Source: an uncultured Acidobacteriota bacterium
Lineage (GTDB): Bacteria; Acidobacteriota; Terriglobia; UBA7540
Reading direction: 5' to 3'
DNA: 64,000 bases
NCBI GenBank assembly: GCA_963804995.1
Contig: CAWDSK010000001.1
Coordinates: 224,001-288,000, forward strand
Part shown: positions 11,006-22,004 of the stretch, piece by piece
Layout of the letters: each line of letters starts with the position of its first letter
Numbering within the stretch: position 1 is the first letter of the stretch
Translations under genes and position numbers: made by a program
Notes under the pieces: model-generated
What the model was told of the DNA's origin: nothing
Seen by the model: the letters and a program-made list of their open reading frames with translations, nothing else
Database searches by the model: none

Positions 11006-11117
11006 CAGACCTCCGTCGTTGAGGTCTGCGGTTCTTCCTCAGATTCTAGAACCGAACCCTTTCCGCGGGATCACCCGTAAAGACGCAGACCTCAAGGGCG
11101 GAGGTCTGATGCGCTAC
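11006..11117. repeat. GTAG-type REP/REPIN-like palindromic element interrupted by the intron (its first 6 nt, GTAGCG, lie at 9087-9092)
   Basis: GTAGCG|CAGACCTCC...GAGGTCTGCG...CGCAGACCTC...GGAGGTCTGATGCGCTAC; intact relative at 12250-12388. Confidence 0.8.
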
Positions 11118-11122
11118 GCTTC

Positions 11123-11905
11123 CTAACCGAAATGGAAAACCTGGGTAGGGATGGATTGGCTGGCAAGATGCAGCGCGGTGCGCTCACCGCCGGTACGTTG
11201 GGCCAGCGCCTGCTCCACGGTAAGGCGGGCGATTTCAGGATGGTTATTGGTTTCGCTCAGGTGTGCGAGGACCAGCACCTGGGCCGCGCCGTCAAAATCC
11301 TCTGTGAGAAAGCTTGCGGTCGCGAGGTTTGAGAGGTGGCCGGTGCGGCTCATCACCCGCTGCTTGATGTGCCAGGGGTACGGCCCGACCTTCAGCATGT
11401 CGAGATCGTGATTCGATTCGAAGACAAGGCAGTTGCAGCCCTTCACTCTCTCTTTAACAACCGCGTGGACGTAACCGAGGTCAGTGACTACAGCAACCTT
11501 GATGCCCTGTGATTCCAGTGTGAAGCCCACGGGATCGATGGCATCGTGCGGGATGGAAAAAGACGTAACTTCAATATCGCCCACGGAGAATTTCTGCCCG
11601 GGAGTGATGTGCTCAAAGATTTCGAGCTTGGGGGCCCACGCAATCACCTCACGCGTGCGCGGGGTGGCAAACACCGGAACTTTAAGTTCGGAGGAGAGAA
11701 AACGCAGACCGTTGATATGGTCAGTGTGCTCGTGGCTGATCAGGATTCCGTCGAAGCCGTCGGTGCGTTCGCCCACCGTGGTGAGGCGCGCGTACGTCTC
11801 ACGTCGGCTCAGACCTGCGTCAACCAGCAAGCGGGTCTTTTCCGTGGCCACCAGCGTTGAGTTGCCTTTGCTGCCACTGGCCAGGACGCAGACGCGCAGG
11901 CTCAC
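11123..11905 (-). CDS. MBL-fold metallo-hydrolase (YycJ/WalJ-like)
   Basis: LASGSKGN, SHEHTDH, TDLG, ESNHD, GHLSN, HLSETNN; GGAGG SD before GTG. Confidence 0.88.
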   Translation of the reverse strand: MSLRVCVLASGSKGNSTLVATEKTRLLVDAGLSRRETYARLTTVGERTDGFDGILISHEHTDHINGLRFLSSELKVPVFATPRTREVIAWAPKLEIFEHITPGQKFSVGDIEVTSFSIPHDAIDPVGFTLESQGIKVAVVTDLGYVHAVVKERVKGCNCLVFESNHDLDMLKVGPYPWHIKQRVMSRTGHLSNLATASFLTEDFDGAAQVLVLAHLSETNNHPEIARLTVEQALAQRTGGERTALHLASQSIPTQVFHFG

Positions 11906-12249
11906 GGCACCTCCCGGCGAATGCGGTTGCAGGTGGCAGGCGACGGGAAACAATGAAAAGTCGAGGACAAAATCCTCGCTTTTAAATTCCCTTCCCTTGC
12001 CGCCTTGCTCGTTTGTTTCAAGTCTTAGACCTCACCCGCAAAAGCTAAGGACGATTATAGGATGGTTTGGGAGAAATCTGATAAGCAAATGGGGCCAAAG
12101 GAAGTCGTGCAGTTTGTCGCCGTAGCGGCGAGTTTACTTCGCCATAGGGCCGCGCGGCGGAGCCGCAAGGGCAAGGCAAAAGGCAAATTGCAAAAGGCAA
12201 AAGGCAAAAGTGAAAAGCCCTGCTGACGGCAGACTGGCACAGAGCGAGC

Positions 12250-12388
12250 GTAGCGCGGACCTCCGTTTTTGAGGTCCGCGGCTCTTCATGCAAAAAAACT
12301 CAGATCTCGATGATGGGGGCTGCCCTCGGATTCGGTGGCGTGAATCTAAGGAAGAACCGCAGACCTCAAAATCGGAGGTCTGCGCTAC
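12250..12388. repeat. Intact REP/REPIN-like double-hairpin element
   Basis: GTAGCGCGGACCTCC...GGAGGTCTGCGCTAC inverted ends. Confidence 0.8.
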
Positions 12389-12758
12389 CCGGGCTGGCGT
12401 GAGCAAGGACTTTTTCATTTTGCATTTTGCCTTTTGCCTTGCTTTTGCGGCTCCGCCCCGCTGCGCAACCCCCTCAAGGCTCAGGACTCGTGAACCAACT
12501 AGTGCCAAACCCGCAAATCCCTAACCCCGAACCCCTAATCCCTGCCCCCTGGCACTTATCTTATGATCGCCTGCCCCTGCGCTCCATCATGGTCCCGCCC
12601 GCAAGCCGTCACAGCCAATATGACCGTGCCCCACAAAATGAGTCACTCTCCACCATGTCCTGCATTGTCGCTGCCTGAAAACCTATGCTAGGATGGCAGA
12701 TTGCTTCGAGCGCAGCCGTGCCATTCTACTCTTAGCCTCATGGTTTGAAGGAGCTCTG

Positions 12759-14859
12759 GTGAAAATCTACGAAGGCGAAAACATTCGTAATGTGGCACTG
12801 GTTGGCCACGGGGATACAGGAAAAACGCAGCTCGTTTCGGCCCTGCTCTTCACCGCGGGCATGGTGAACCGTCTGGGCAAGGTGGACGAAGGCACGTCCG
12901 TCACGGACTACGACGAGGAAGAAATCCAGCGCAAGTTTTCCATCAGCGCCTCGCTGGCTTACGCCGAGTGGGGGAAGACGAAAATCAATTTCATCGATAC
13001 GCCCGGCTACAACATCTTCATGCACGAGACGGAAGCTGCGCTGGTGGCCGCTGATTCCGCCCTGCTGCTGGTGCACGGCGTGGCCGGCATCGAAGTGCAG
13101 ACGGAAAAGGTTTGGGGATTCTGCGAAAAGTACGGTCTGCCGCGCGCCCTGGTGATCAACCAGTTGGATCGCGACCGCGCCAGTTTTGAGCGCGCGCTCG
13201 AAGCCCTGCGCGGCGCTTACGGACGGGCCGTGATTCCCGTGCAACTGCCCATTGGCGAGGAGAAGAATTTCCGCGGCGTCGGTGGACCTGGTCGCGGATG
13301 AAGGCTTATCTTTACGAACCCAACGGCTCCGGCAAGGCCAAGGAAGCGGAAATCCCCGCCGACCTCCAGGACGCCGCCACCAAGGCCCACGAAGCGCTGG
13401 TGGAAATGGTGGCGGAAGGCAACGACAAGCTGATGGAGGAGTTCTTCGAAAAGGGCACGATCCCCGTGGAGGACCTGGTGCCGGGCCTGAAGCAGGCCAT
13501 CGGTGAAAGGCGGATCTATCCCCGTGGTGGTTGCCGCCGGACTGCTCAACATCGGCAGCGAGACCTTGCTGAATTTCCTGGTGGATTACCTGCCGTCGCC
13601 GCTGGAGCGAGGCGAAGTTGAGGGCCTGGACCACGAGGGCGGCCAGCCCGTCAAGCGCAAGATCGCGGACGACCAGCCCGTCTCCGCCTACGTCTTCAAG
13701 ACGGTCGCCGATCCCTTCGCCGGCCGCGTCAGCTACTTCAAAGTGATGTCCGGCGTCCTCAAGAACGAAGCCAACCTGACCAATTTCAATCGCGGCTCCT
13801 CGGAGCGCCTCTCCCACATCAGCGTGGTGCAGGGGAAGACCCAGAGCGCCGTGGCCGAACTCCACGCGGGGGACATCGGCGCGGTGGCCAAACTGAAAGA
13901 TACGCTGACCGGCGACACGCTGGGCGACAAGTCCGCGCCCATCGTTTACCCCAAGGTCAAAGCTCGCCGAGCCCGCCATTTCCTTCGCCATCGAGCCCAA
14001 GTCGCGCGGCGACGAGGACAAGCTTTCCACCGCCATCCACCGGATGCTGGAAGAAGACCTGCTGCTGCGCTTCTCCCGCGACCCGCAGACCAAGGAATTC
14101 CTGCTCTCCGGCGCGGGCCAGCAGCACGTGGAAGTGGCGGTCTCGAAACTCAAGCGGCGCTTCAACATTGAGGTCTCGCTCAAAGCGCCCAAGATTCCCT
14201 ACCGGGAGACGATTCGCGCCAAGGCCGATGCGCAGGGCAAACACAAGAAGCAGACCGGCGGCCATGGCCAGTACGGCGACTGCTGGATCAAGTTGGAACC
14301 CCTGGCGCACGGGGGCGGTTTCGAGTTTGTGAACGACATCTTCGGCGGCGCCATTCCGCGCAACTTCATTCCCGCCGTCGAAAAGGGCATCATCGAGGCG
14401 GCGGCGAGAGGCTATCTGGCCGGTTACCCGGTGGTGGATTTCCGGGTCATCCTCTACGACGGCTCCTACCACGACGTCGATTCCTCGGAAATGGCCTTCA
14501 AGCTGGCGGGCTCCAAGGGCTTCAAGAAGTGCATGGAGCAGGCCAAGCCCTGCCTGCTCGAGCCCATCATGAACGTGGAGATTACCGTTCCGGAAAATTA
14601 TTCCGGAGACATCATGGGCAACCTGAATGGCCGCCGGGGCCGCATCCAGGGCATGGAGCCGAAGGGCGGCTCAACCGTCGTCAAGGCCCAGGTGCCGCTG
14701 GCGGAAATGCTCACTTACGCCTCCGACCTCACCTCCATGACCCAGGGCCGCGGGACGTACTCCATGGAAATGTCGCACTACGACATTGTTCCGCAGATGA
14801 TCGCTGACAAGATCGTCGCCGCGCACAAGCCCTCTGCCACCGAAGAAGAGGAAGAGTAG
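12759..14859 (+). CDS. fusA: Elongation factor G (EF-G2-type paralogue), split by several frameshifts (~13280-13295, ~13510, ~13960)
   Basis: IRNVALVGHGDTGKT, DTPG, KKQTGGHGQYG, DGSYHDVDSSEMAF, LTSMTQGRG across successive frames. Confidence 0.9.
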
Positions 14860-14934
14860 GGGCGGGAGGGGTTCGAGACCAGCCTCAATACTGTTCACTT
14901 AGGGGGGTTGTTACTTCAGGATTTATTCCTGGCC

Positions 14935-15076
14935 GACCCCCTCACCCCCCGGCCCCTCTCCCCCAAGGGGGCGAGGGGAGAGTTAATTTGAATCTCTAGC
15001 CCTCGGTCGCCGCGGCGACAGAGGGTGGACCGCTGCCGGCGTTTTCATCAGCCGGAGCGGGACGGGTGAGGGGGTC
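14935..15076. repeat. CCCTCACCC/CCCTCTCCC palindromic repeat family (related copies ~28083-28224, 33418-33637, 60185-60261; variants ~18915-19215)
   Basis: Near-identical blocks ACCCCCTCACCCCCCGGCCCCTCTCCCCC...GCCGGCGTTTTCATCAGCCGG...GGGACGGGTGAGGGGGT. Confidence 0.85.
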
Positions 15077-15223
15077 ATAGCATCGAACCGGATACAATCC
15101 ACCTAAAAGAGCGTAAGTAAACAGCATTGCGTCTAGTCATCCCCCGCAGGGGACACCCTTCCGCGCGCCGAGAGCCAGGGTGGCAACTCGCTTTCCCGCC
15201 CGGGCGTCGACGAGGAGCGCCAC

Positions 15224-16213
15224 ATGTTCATTCCGCAGGTTTACTCCGTTGCATTCGCCATGATGATTCTCAGCATGATTTGCTGGGGAAGTTGGGCCAA
15301 TACGCAAAAGGCCACAGGAAGCTGGCGGTTCGAGCTCTTTTACTGGGACTACGTTTGGGGCATTTTGCTGTGCACGCTGGTGGTTGGCTTCACGCTGGGC
15401 CGTACGGATCCCGCCAGCCCCGACAGCTTCCTCACCAACCTTGCCGCCGCCGATGCCCAACATCTGCTGCTGGGCTTTGCCGGAGGGTTGGTCTTCAACG
15501 TTGGCAACATCCTGCTGGTGGGAGCGATTGCCATGGCAGGGTTGGCGGTGGCGTTTCCCATCGGCATCGGCCTGGCGCTGGTCATTGGCGCCACGCTCAA
15601 TTACCTCATCGCGCCCAAAGGCAATCCACTGCTGCTCTTCGGCGGGATCGCACTGGTCGTGGTGGCCATCGTGCTGGATGCGCTGGCCTACCGGCAACTT
15701 TCTTCTGACCGCAAGGTGACCACCAAGGGAATTGTGGCAAGCCTGATTGCAGGTGCGCTCATTGGCGCCTTCTATCCGCTGATTGCCAAGGCGCTACAAG
15801 GCGAGCATCACCTGGTGCCTTATTCCGTGATGTTGATGTTCGCGCTGGGAATCGTGGCCTGCACGATCCCGGTGAATTATATCTTCATGCGACGCCCCGT
15901 TTCCGGCCCGCCCGTGAGCATGGCGGATTACTGGGCGGGCGCCGGCCGCCTGCATTTATGGGGAATCCTGGGCGGCGCGTTCTGGTGTGTGGGCACGATA
16001 GCGAATTTCGTCGCCTCTTACGCGCAGATGGTGGGGCCCGCCACTTCTTACGCGCTGGGCCAGGGCGCTACAATGGTCTCCGCCATCTGGGGAGTGTTCG
16101 TGTGGAAAGAGTTTCGCGGCGCAGGTCCGACGGCGAAACGCCTGCTGGTCCTGATGTTTGTCTTTTTCATTTTCGGATTGGCTTGCGTGGCGCTGGCGCC
16201 GGTGGTGAAGTGA
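15224..16213 (+). CDS. DMT-superfamily transporter (GRP/ureide-permease-like; possibly nucleoside/ribose uptake)
   Basis: CWGSWANTQK, WRFELFYWDY, ~10 TM helices, GQGATMVSAIWGVFVWKEF. Confidence 0.8.
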   Translation: MFIPQVYSVAFAMMILSMICWGSWANTQKATGSWRFELFYWDYVWGILLCTLVVGFTLGRTDPASPDSFLTNLAAADAQHLLLGFAGGLVFNVGNILLVGAIAMAGLAVAFPIGIGLALVIGATLNYLIAPKGNPLLLFGGIALVVVAIVLDALAYRQLSSDRKVTTKGIVASLIAGALIGAFYPLIAKALQGEHHLVPYSVMLMFALGIVACTIPVNYIFMRRPVSGPPVSMADYWAGAGRLHLWGILGGAFWCVGTIANFVASYAQMVGPATSYALGQGATMVSAIWGVFVWKEFRGAGPTAKRLLVLMFVFFIFGLACVALAPVVK

Positions 16214-16417
16214 GGGAACAGGTTGAAGGTTGAAAGTTGAAGGTCTAAAGTTGAAACTTTATTGCCTGAGGGTGTCAGCATGGGAAGAGTATCAGCAGCG
16301 TTCAGCCCAGATTTTAGACTCCCCCGGCCTGCCACGGCCAAGGTGTAACCCGGCACGAGTTTTGACACAAAGTGCATACCATTCGGAGCGGTGATGTTTC
16401 ACGCGAATTGTGGCGGC

Positions 16418-18052
16418 TTACCGGCTGGGCGCAAGGGAGGCGGATTCCCGGCGTTTTGCAGTGAAATCCAACGCGAAAGCCGGGTTGGAAGATGTGCCGG
16501 TAATGGAGAAGGGAACCACGGTAACGGACTTCTGTTTCAGGAGCGGACCGACTGCCTTCAATACCAGTGCTTTGAATCCCGACGTGGTATCGGATAACTT
16601 TCCCTCCGTGTGCAGAATTCCATGGAGATCAACTTTCTGGTCCAGCAAGTTGTAAGTGCCTTGAAGCTGTGCGCGCGTGCCTGGAGCGCTGAAGGAGACG
16701 TTGGACAGGGTTGCGACTCCATTTTTCACTGAGACCTGCCCGCTAAGCTGAGAGAGCATCGTTTCCGGGTCTTCGGCTTGATGCTCCTTGTTCTCACCGC
16801 GCGCACTCTCGGCTAACGCATTTACCGGCTGCTGGAGGGCTGGGTTTTCGAAATGTCCGCTGCCAATGCCGCAGGTTCCGGCAAGATCGAGCTTCCTCAA
16901 GAATCCCGGCGGCCCCGGCGGCACTTGTACTTTCGCACGCAGGCTGATGCTGCCGGTCATCGATGGGCGCTTCTCATCCGTAACGAGGGACAATAGATCC
17001 TCAATGCGGCCTCCCTTCACGGCCATTTCCAGGTTAACTGTTTTTCCGTGCTGGCCGGGGTGTCCGGCGACGCTGCCATTCACCGTCACCGTGGTTCGCT
17101 GAAAGTGCGTGTCCACTCTCTGAAGATCGGTGTCTCCATTCGTTCCGTCTACAAACGCCTGGAATTGCGAAATCAGGTGGACGGTGTGGCTGCTTCCGGA
17201 TACGCGAAAGTCGGGCACGTCGGCTTCGCCATTCGCCTCGATATGGCCGATGGTACCGCTGAACTTGCCTTGGGACGATAGGGTACCTGAGATACCCTCG
17301 AACCTTGCCAGGTTCGCGTGTTCATAAGTAAAGGAACCCGTCACCGGAGTACTGCCCGGGTCGTCCTCATTCCAGGGGCCGACCTTCCCTTCCGACCTGA
17401 TTTCCCCGGGCGGCTCGGGATTGTACAACGCTGCATGGTAGGGGATGATCCCTTTCTCACCGACCTCGTACAAGGTCAACCGATGAACCTGCAGCTTGAA
17501 GGGTTCCTGGCCCCGCTGCCGGGGCATGAACTCCAACAGAGCGCCATCCGTGGTGATCTCGCCAATCATGACCGTAGCGCCCGTGGTGCTGGACGTCAAC
17601 GGCATCACACTCGACGGCTGTGCCCTCGGGCCCGGCGGCGGTATCAAAACGTGCAAACCCTTCACCTGAACCGCATCCACACGCTTGTGAATCCGCAAAA
17701 GGCCATTGTAGCTTCCTTGAATTATCAGCGTCTGGACCGTGATCAATGGTGGCAGGTCAGTGCGTTTCCGGTGCAGGAAACTGACCCCTTCAGCCACGCA
17801 CCCCGGTGGAAAGTAAGTTTTGCGGAAGCTGCGGATTTGGACGGTTCGGGTGAATCGGTCCTGCAGCGCCTTGGTGACAGCCTGTTGCGTGAATGGCCAG
17901 TTCCAGGCCAACACGATCAGCATGATGCCCATGATGACTATGAGCGACGCTCCTATGATCAGCCACCAGCGTCCAGGCACCCACCGCTGCCCCGGTGCGT
18001 GGGCCTCCCTCGTGCCGTCGCGTATGGAAATCGCGGAAGACTCTCTGATCAT
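16418..18052 (-). CDS. AsmA-like C-terminal region protein
   Basis: N-terminal TM anchor, beta-rich body, GTYNLLDQKVDLHG...VPFSITGTSSNPAF C-terminus. Confidence 0.7.
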   Translation of the reverse strand: MIRESSAISIRDGTREAHAPGQRWVPGRWWLIIGASLIVIMGIMLIVLAWNWPFTQQAVTKALQDRFTRTVQIRSFRKTYFPPGCVAEGVSFLHRKRTDLPPLITVQTLIIQGSYNGLLRIHKRVDAVQVKGLHVLIPPPGPRAQPSSVMPLTSSTTGATVMIGEITTDGALLEFMPRQRGQEPFKLQVHRLTLYEVGEKGIIPYHAALYNPEPPGEIRSEGKVGPWNEDDPGSTPVTGSFTYEHANLARFEGISGTLSSQGKFSGTIGHIEANGEADVPDFRVSGSSHTVHLISQFQAFVDGTNGDTDLQRVDTHFQRTTVTVNGSVAGHPGQHGKTVNLEMAVKGGRIEDLLSLVTDEKRPSMTGSISLRAKVQVPPGPPGFLRKLDLAGTCGIGSGHFENPALQQPVNALAESARGENKEHQAEDPETMLSQLSGQVSVKNGVATLSNVSFSAPGTRAQLQGTYNLLDQKVDLHGILHTEGKLSDTTSGFKALVLKAVGPLLKQKSVTVVPFSITGTSSNPAFALDFTAKRRESASLAPSR

Positions 18053-18504
18053 TTATGTACTGCTCCAACGTGTTCAGACTTGTATGGACACCCCCTCATA
18101 ATACGTGGCACAGCCGCACCATCATTACGACGAATGGGTCTCTTCGTTTCCTCCGCCAGTGGCCGGGCTAACCTCCCCAGGAGAGAGAAACTCTAAGCCC
18201 TCCTGTCCTTATATCCTATGGGGAGTAAACGTGTCAGCCCAGTATTGCTCATATGTTTGGTCAAAATTGCTCGTTCTATTTGTACGAGGGGGAAAATGCA
18301 GTGAAGGCCTAACCAGAATTTCCGATTTAGGTCTCCCTGCTTGTTCCTGCCAACAATTCAACCAAGTTGTATTGTCCGTTGGGTCACAACGCACCCTGTA
18401 GGGCGTCGAACCAATCGCTGCAGTAAAAGGATTACGTGCGAGATTGCTTCCGTCGTTGCCTCTAAGCAGCCTTGAGCTCAGCGTGGCAAAACAGAATCTG
18501 AAAG

Positions 18505-18705
18505 GTGAATGGGCCAAACCCAGCGATCGGGTGCCTGCGCGTCACGGACCTGCCGCAGGTGGCGGGCTTACTCTCTCCAGCCGAGCTGGTGTTCATGGGC
18601 GAGTACCCCTCGGCGTATGATTGGGCCCAAGACCTCTATCGAAGGCTGGGAGCCGCGGAGCGGTTCCGGCGCGTCAGTAAGCTGGAGGATTGGCGGCCAA
18701 GCTGA
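18505..18705 (+). pseudogene. C-terminal remnant of a probable alpha/beta hydrolase
   Basis: IGCLRVTDLPQVAGLLSPAELVF...AQDLYRRLGA; no 5' part visible. Confidence 0.35.
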
Positions 18706-18817
18706 GGAAGGGCAGGGCCTTCCAACGAATTATCCAGGTTGAAAAACTCCTGTAGGCCGGCGTGTTGGTTCAGCCTGAAATGGAGAGAAGGCGCTCTCCG
18801 TTAGTGAATATTCAGCC

Positions 18818-18892
18818 CACCCCTCGAAACTCAGCCTTACCGGCTTTTGGAGTGCGGCCGCGAAGCTGCCGCTTTGCCTTTCGCCAGCTTGC
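18818..18892. repeat. ~75-bp direct repeat with REP-like TTTTGGAGTGCGGCCGCGAAGCTGCCGCTTT (second copy ~20330-20405)
   Basis: Identical block CCACCCCTCGAAACTCAGCCTTACCGGCTTTTGGAGTGCGG...CGCCAGCTTGC. Confidence 0.8.
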
Positions 18893-19615
18893 AGGCGCCT
18901 AAAAACTGTGTTTTCCTTCTCCCGAAGGTGGACCGCGAACGGCGTTCTCACCAGCCGTCGCGGGCCGGACCTACGTCCGCCGAAGGGTTTCCACGCCGGT
19001 AGTCACTATGGACTTCGGCCCGCAGGCGGACCTACGTCCGCCGCAGGGTCATCACGCGTCTAGACCCTTTAGACTTCAGCCCGCAGGAGGGGGCCCCTCG
19101 TTCTGCTTGATGTGGGGATGAGGGGTTGCTTACTGCCCCCGAGCGCCCGATGAAGATGCTTTTCCTTCTCCCAGGGGAGAAGGTGGCGGAGGGACGATGC
19201 CGGATGAGGGGTCTCTTCCGCACGCCACCCCTAAAATCCTCATCTCCTCCCCAAAAACCGCCGATAAACGAAGCGGGGGAGTGTCGGGGGCACTGCGAGG
19301 GGGCCAAGGACGGAAAACGGAACTCGGGACTCAGCCTGTCGACTCGTCACTCGTCACTCCACTTCCCGAGCCCTGGATTTGCTCCCGTATCCCGAATCCC
19401 ATGCCCCGTACCCCGGTTCTCCCGTCACTGTACTTCCCGTGCCTTGGATTTGCTCCCGTATCCCGTATCCCGAGTCCCGTACCCCGGTTCTCCAGCCACT
19501 TGTCACTGTCTCTTCGCGTCCGGCTGCTGGTTCGCGCGAGCGCGCGGGGAAGAGCCGCATAGGAATCCGTCGGCCGCGAGAACCGGCCACTGACGGGCTG
19601 ACGGATAATTGTGAG

Positions 19616-19846
19616 CTATCTTGTCTGGCGTTGTTCGCGGAGCACAGGGGCGAGCGCACGAAGCGCCTGGTTTACACGCCGGCCATCGGGGAAAACGTCC
19701 AGCACCGATGGGTCGATGACCACAATGTTGGCACCCTCCCGGTATCTTGCCGCGGTGGCGCCTCGCACCGCTCGGCTGAAATCATATTCCGGCCGCATCG
19801 TGTCGCGATCGCGATCCCGACTTCGCCGGCTAGGTTTCTTCTTCAT
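19616..19846 (-). CDS. BrnA-like antitoxin
   Basis: MRPEYDFSRAVRG...VVIDPSVLDVFPDGRRVNQALRAL. Confidence 0.75.
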   Translation of the reverse strand: MKKKPSRRSRDRDRDTMRPEYDFSRAVRGATAARYREGANIVVIDPSVLDVFPDGRRVNQALRALAPVLREQRQTR

Positions 19847-19950
19847 ATCGCTTCCTTTCGGCCCGCGTTGCCCGCCGTGCAGAAATCAGCCGGGTGTTCG
19901 GCGGCCGCTCTGCGAAGGCTACCACCAGGAGCTTTGATCGTACAACAGAG
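19830..19950 (-). pseudogene. BrnT toxin, C-terminal remnant only
   Basis: LLVVAFAER...RLISARRATRAERKRYEE overlapping the antitoxin start; N-terminal half absent. Confidence 0.7.
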
Positions 19951-20483
19951 AGCCTTGGCGACGAGCCATTTCGTTGTGTGGTGACCTTAGGCCGTACTAC
20001 GCGTTGGCGCGTGGCGGATGTGTCAAACGTCAATAGTATCTGTCGGAATGGGAAAAGCTGACCCAGGCCAACGGCCGGGTTTAGATTATCCGCCGATTTT
20101 TCCCCCAGCCCTGAAAGGGCGGGATACTGCTGGACGCGCACGGAATTGCCTACGAAGAGCGGTACGTGTGGGATTGAAGAGGATTGTTCCGCCCCCTTCG
20201 CTCAGCTCAGAGCTTGCCCTGAGCGCAGCGAATGGGGCAGGCTCTTCAGGGCTCGGGTATCGGTTTGGGTCCCGTTGACCCAGGCCGTTGGCCGGGCTTC
20301 GTTATTTCGCCCCTTTGGGGCTCACCCGACCACCCCTCGAAACTCAGCCTTACCGGCTTTTGGAGTGCGGCCGCGAAGCTGCCGCTTTGCCTTTCGCCAG
20401 CTTGCTGGCACGGCTGACGCCAATCGCTCGGAAAAGACCCATGACAGTTTGTTTACGCCTCGCACAGCAGATATACTGGCGCC

Positions 20484-20714
20484 ATGGGATCACGGGTCGT
20501 AGAGGCTGAATACGAGAAGGGCATGCTCAAGCCGAGCACGCCGTTGACGCTTCGTCCTGGAGAGCGTGTCCGTCTGATCGTGATGCGGCAGCCGGATCCG
20601 AAGCGATGGGACCTGTCCCGTCTGGCGCAGAGCCCCGCGGCCGATGAAGCGGTACTCGCCGAGCAGGACTTGGAGGGCTGGGCGGCGAACCTCGATGCAG
20701 AGGATCGCCGGTGA
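20484..20714 (+). CDS. DUF104/AF2212-like antitoxin
   Basis: VEAEYEKGMLKPSTPLTLRPGERVRLIV; GTGA overlap with the toxin. Confidence 0.75.
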   Translation: MGSRVVEAEYEKGMLKPSTPLTLRPGERVRLIVMRQPDPKRWDLSRLAQSPAADEAVLAEQDLEGWAANLDAEDRR

Positions 20715-21064
20715 AGCGAGGCGAAATCTGGTGGGCCGAGCTTGGCCCCTACCGCCCGCGCGAGCAGACGGGGCGCCGACCTGTTGTGGTCTGGTAAAGC
20801 AATGCTCTGACGGGAGTGCTCCAATCCGTTCTGGTGGTACCTCTAACCACCAACATCGAACGGGCAAATCTCGCTGGCACTGCCCTGATTAACGCCTCGC
20901 CAGACGGGCCTCGCGACAGCTCCGTGGCCCTGGCATTTCAGTTACGTGCAATTCCCCAGTCGGCTCTCCAGAAAAAAATCCGGGACTTAACCGAAGAGGA
21001 AACGACTGAACTCGAACTGGCTACCGACGAGGCTCTCGGTAGGGTCGAGCCACAGCCCAAGTAG
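20711..21064 (+). pseudogene. mazF: PemK/MazF toxin with in-frame TAA at 20795-20797
   Basis: VKRGEIWWAEL...EQTGRRPVVVW*SNALTGVLQSVLVVPLTTN...DSSVALAFQLRAI. Confidence 0.8.
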
Positions 21065-21200
21065 CAGCACCTAAACCCCGGGGGGAAGAGAAAGGGTACC
21101 TGACCGTTCTGACCTGACACCGTTTCCCCCCTCTTTTTGCGACGAACTTCTTAAAGACATTTGGGAAACACTGAACCCACTTGGTTCCGATGGAGTCTTC

Positions 21201-22004
21201 GTGATTTTGCGCGGATTCATAGACGAGAGCTACGATCAGAAAATCTTTGTACTATCGGCTTTGGTAGCGGTCGGAACTGAGTGGCGCTGGCTCTCGCGGG
21301 ACTGGTTAGCCTGCATAGACAAACGCAACAAACTCCTTCTCGCACAGGGCAGAAATCCGATTACACGCTTTCATGCGGCAGAATGTAACAGCCAAGACAA
21401 CGAATATGAGGGATGGTCAAGAGAAGAGCAAAAAGAGTTCATGTCGGAACTGATTAAGGTTCTCGGAAAGTCAGAACTTCACAGCATTGCGTGGGCTCTT
21501 GATATCGAAGATTTTGACAAGGTTTTCCCTGATGTTCGCCGCGCCCAAAAACCCGACTTCTATAGTCAACTCTATGGGATTATGACTAAGTTTATGGTCT
21601 ATAGGCTTGCTCCGCCCTTTGTTGCAGCAGACCCGAGCATCAGGATAACCCTGGTACATGATCGTTGCACATATGACGGGGCGATAGCGGACGCATTCAG
21701 GAAGGCCGTAGAAGACCCTGGATTTAAGGAACGAGGTTGCTATACATCCATTACTCCCGCATCTTCGGTAGATGTCATCCCCCTACAGATGGCTGATCTA
21801 CTGTCGCACGAAAACTTTAAGGAAACTAAAAGGCGATACAAGTCTGGCAAGAAGGAATTGTCCAAGCGAAGGACTTCCCTCAAGGTTCTTATCAAGCAGG
21901 GGAATATCGGTGGAGGCGTCGAATATATTCAAATAAATGCGCTTCGCTCTCTGGCGCATTACATAGCTAAACACAAGTCGAATTCAATTACCCCGCTTTC
22001 CTGA
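21201..22004 (+). CDS. DUF3800-domain protein (RNase H-like fold)
   Basis: N-terminal FIDES, FHAAEC, C-terminal PLQMADLL; low GC. Confidence 0.75.
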   Translation: MILRGFIDESYDQKIFVLSALVAVGTEWRWLSRDWLACIDKRNKLLLAQGRNPITRFHAAECNSQDNEYEGWSREEQKEFMSELIKVLGKSELHSIAWALDIEDFDKVFPDVRRAQKPDFYSQLYGIMTKFMVYRLAPPFVAADPSIRITLVHDRCTYDGAIADAFRKAVEDPGFKERGCYTSITPASSVDVIPLQMADLLSHENFKETKRRYKSGKKELSKRRTSLKVLIKQGNIGGGVEYIQINALRSLAHYIAKHKSNSITPLS

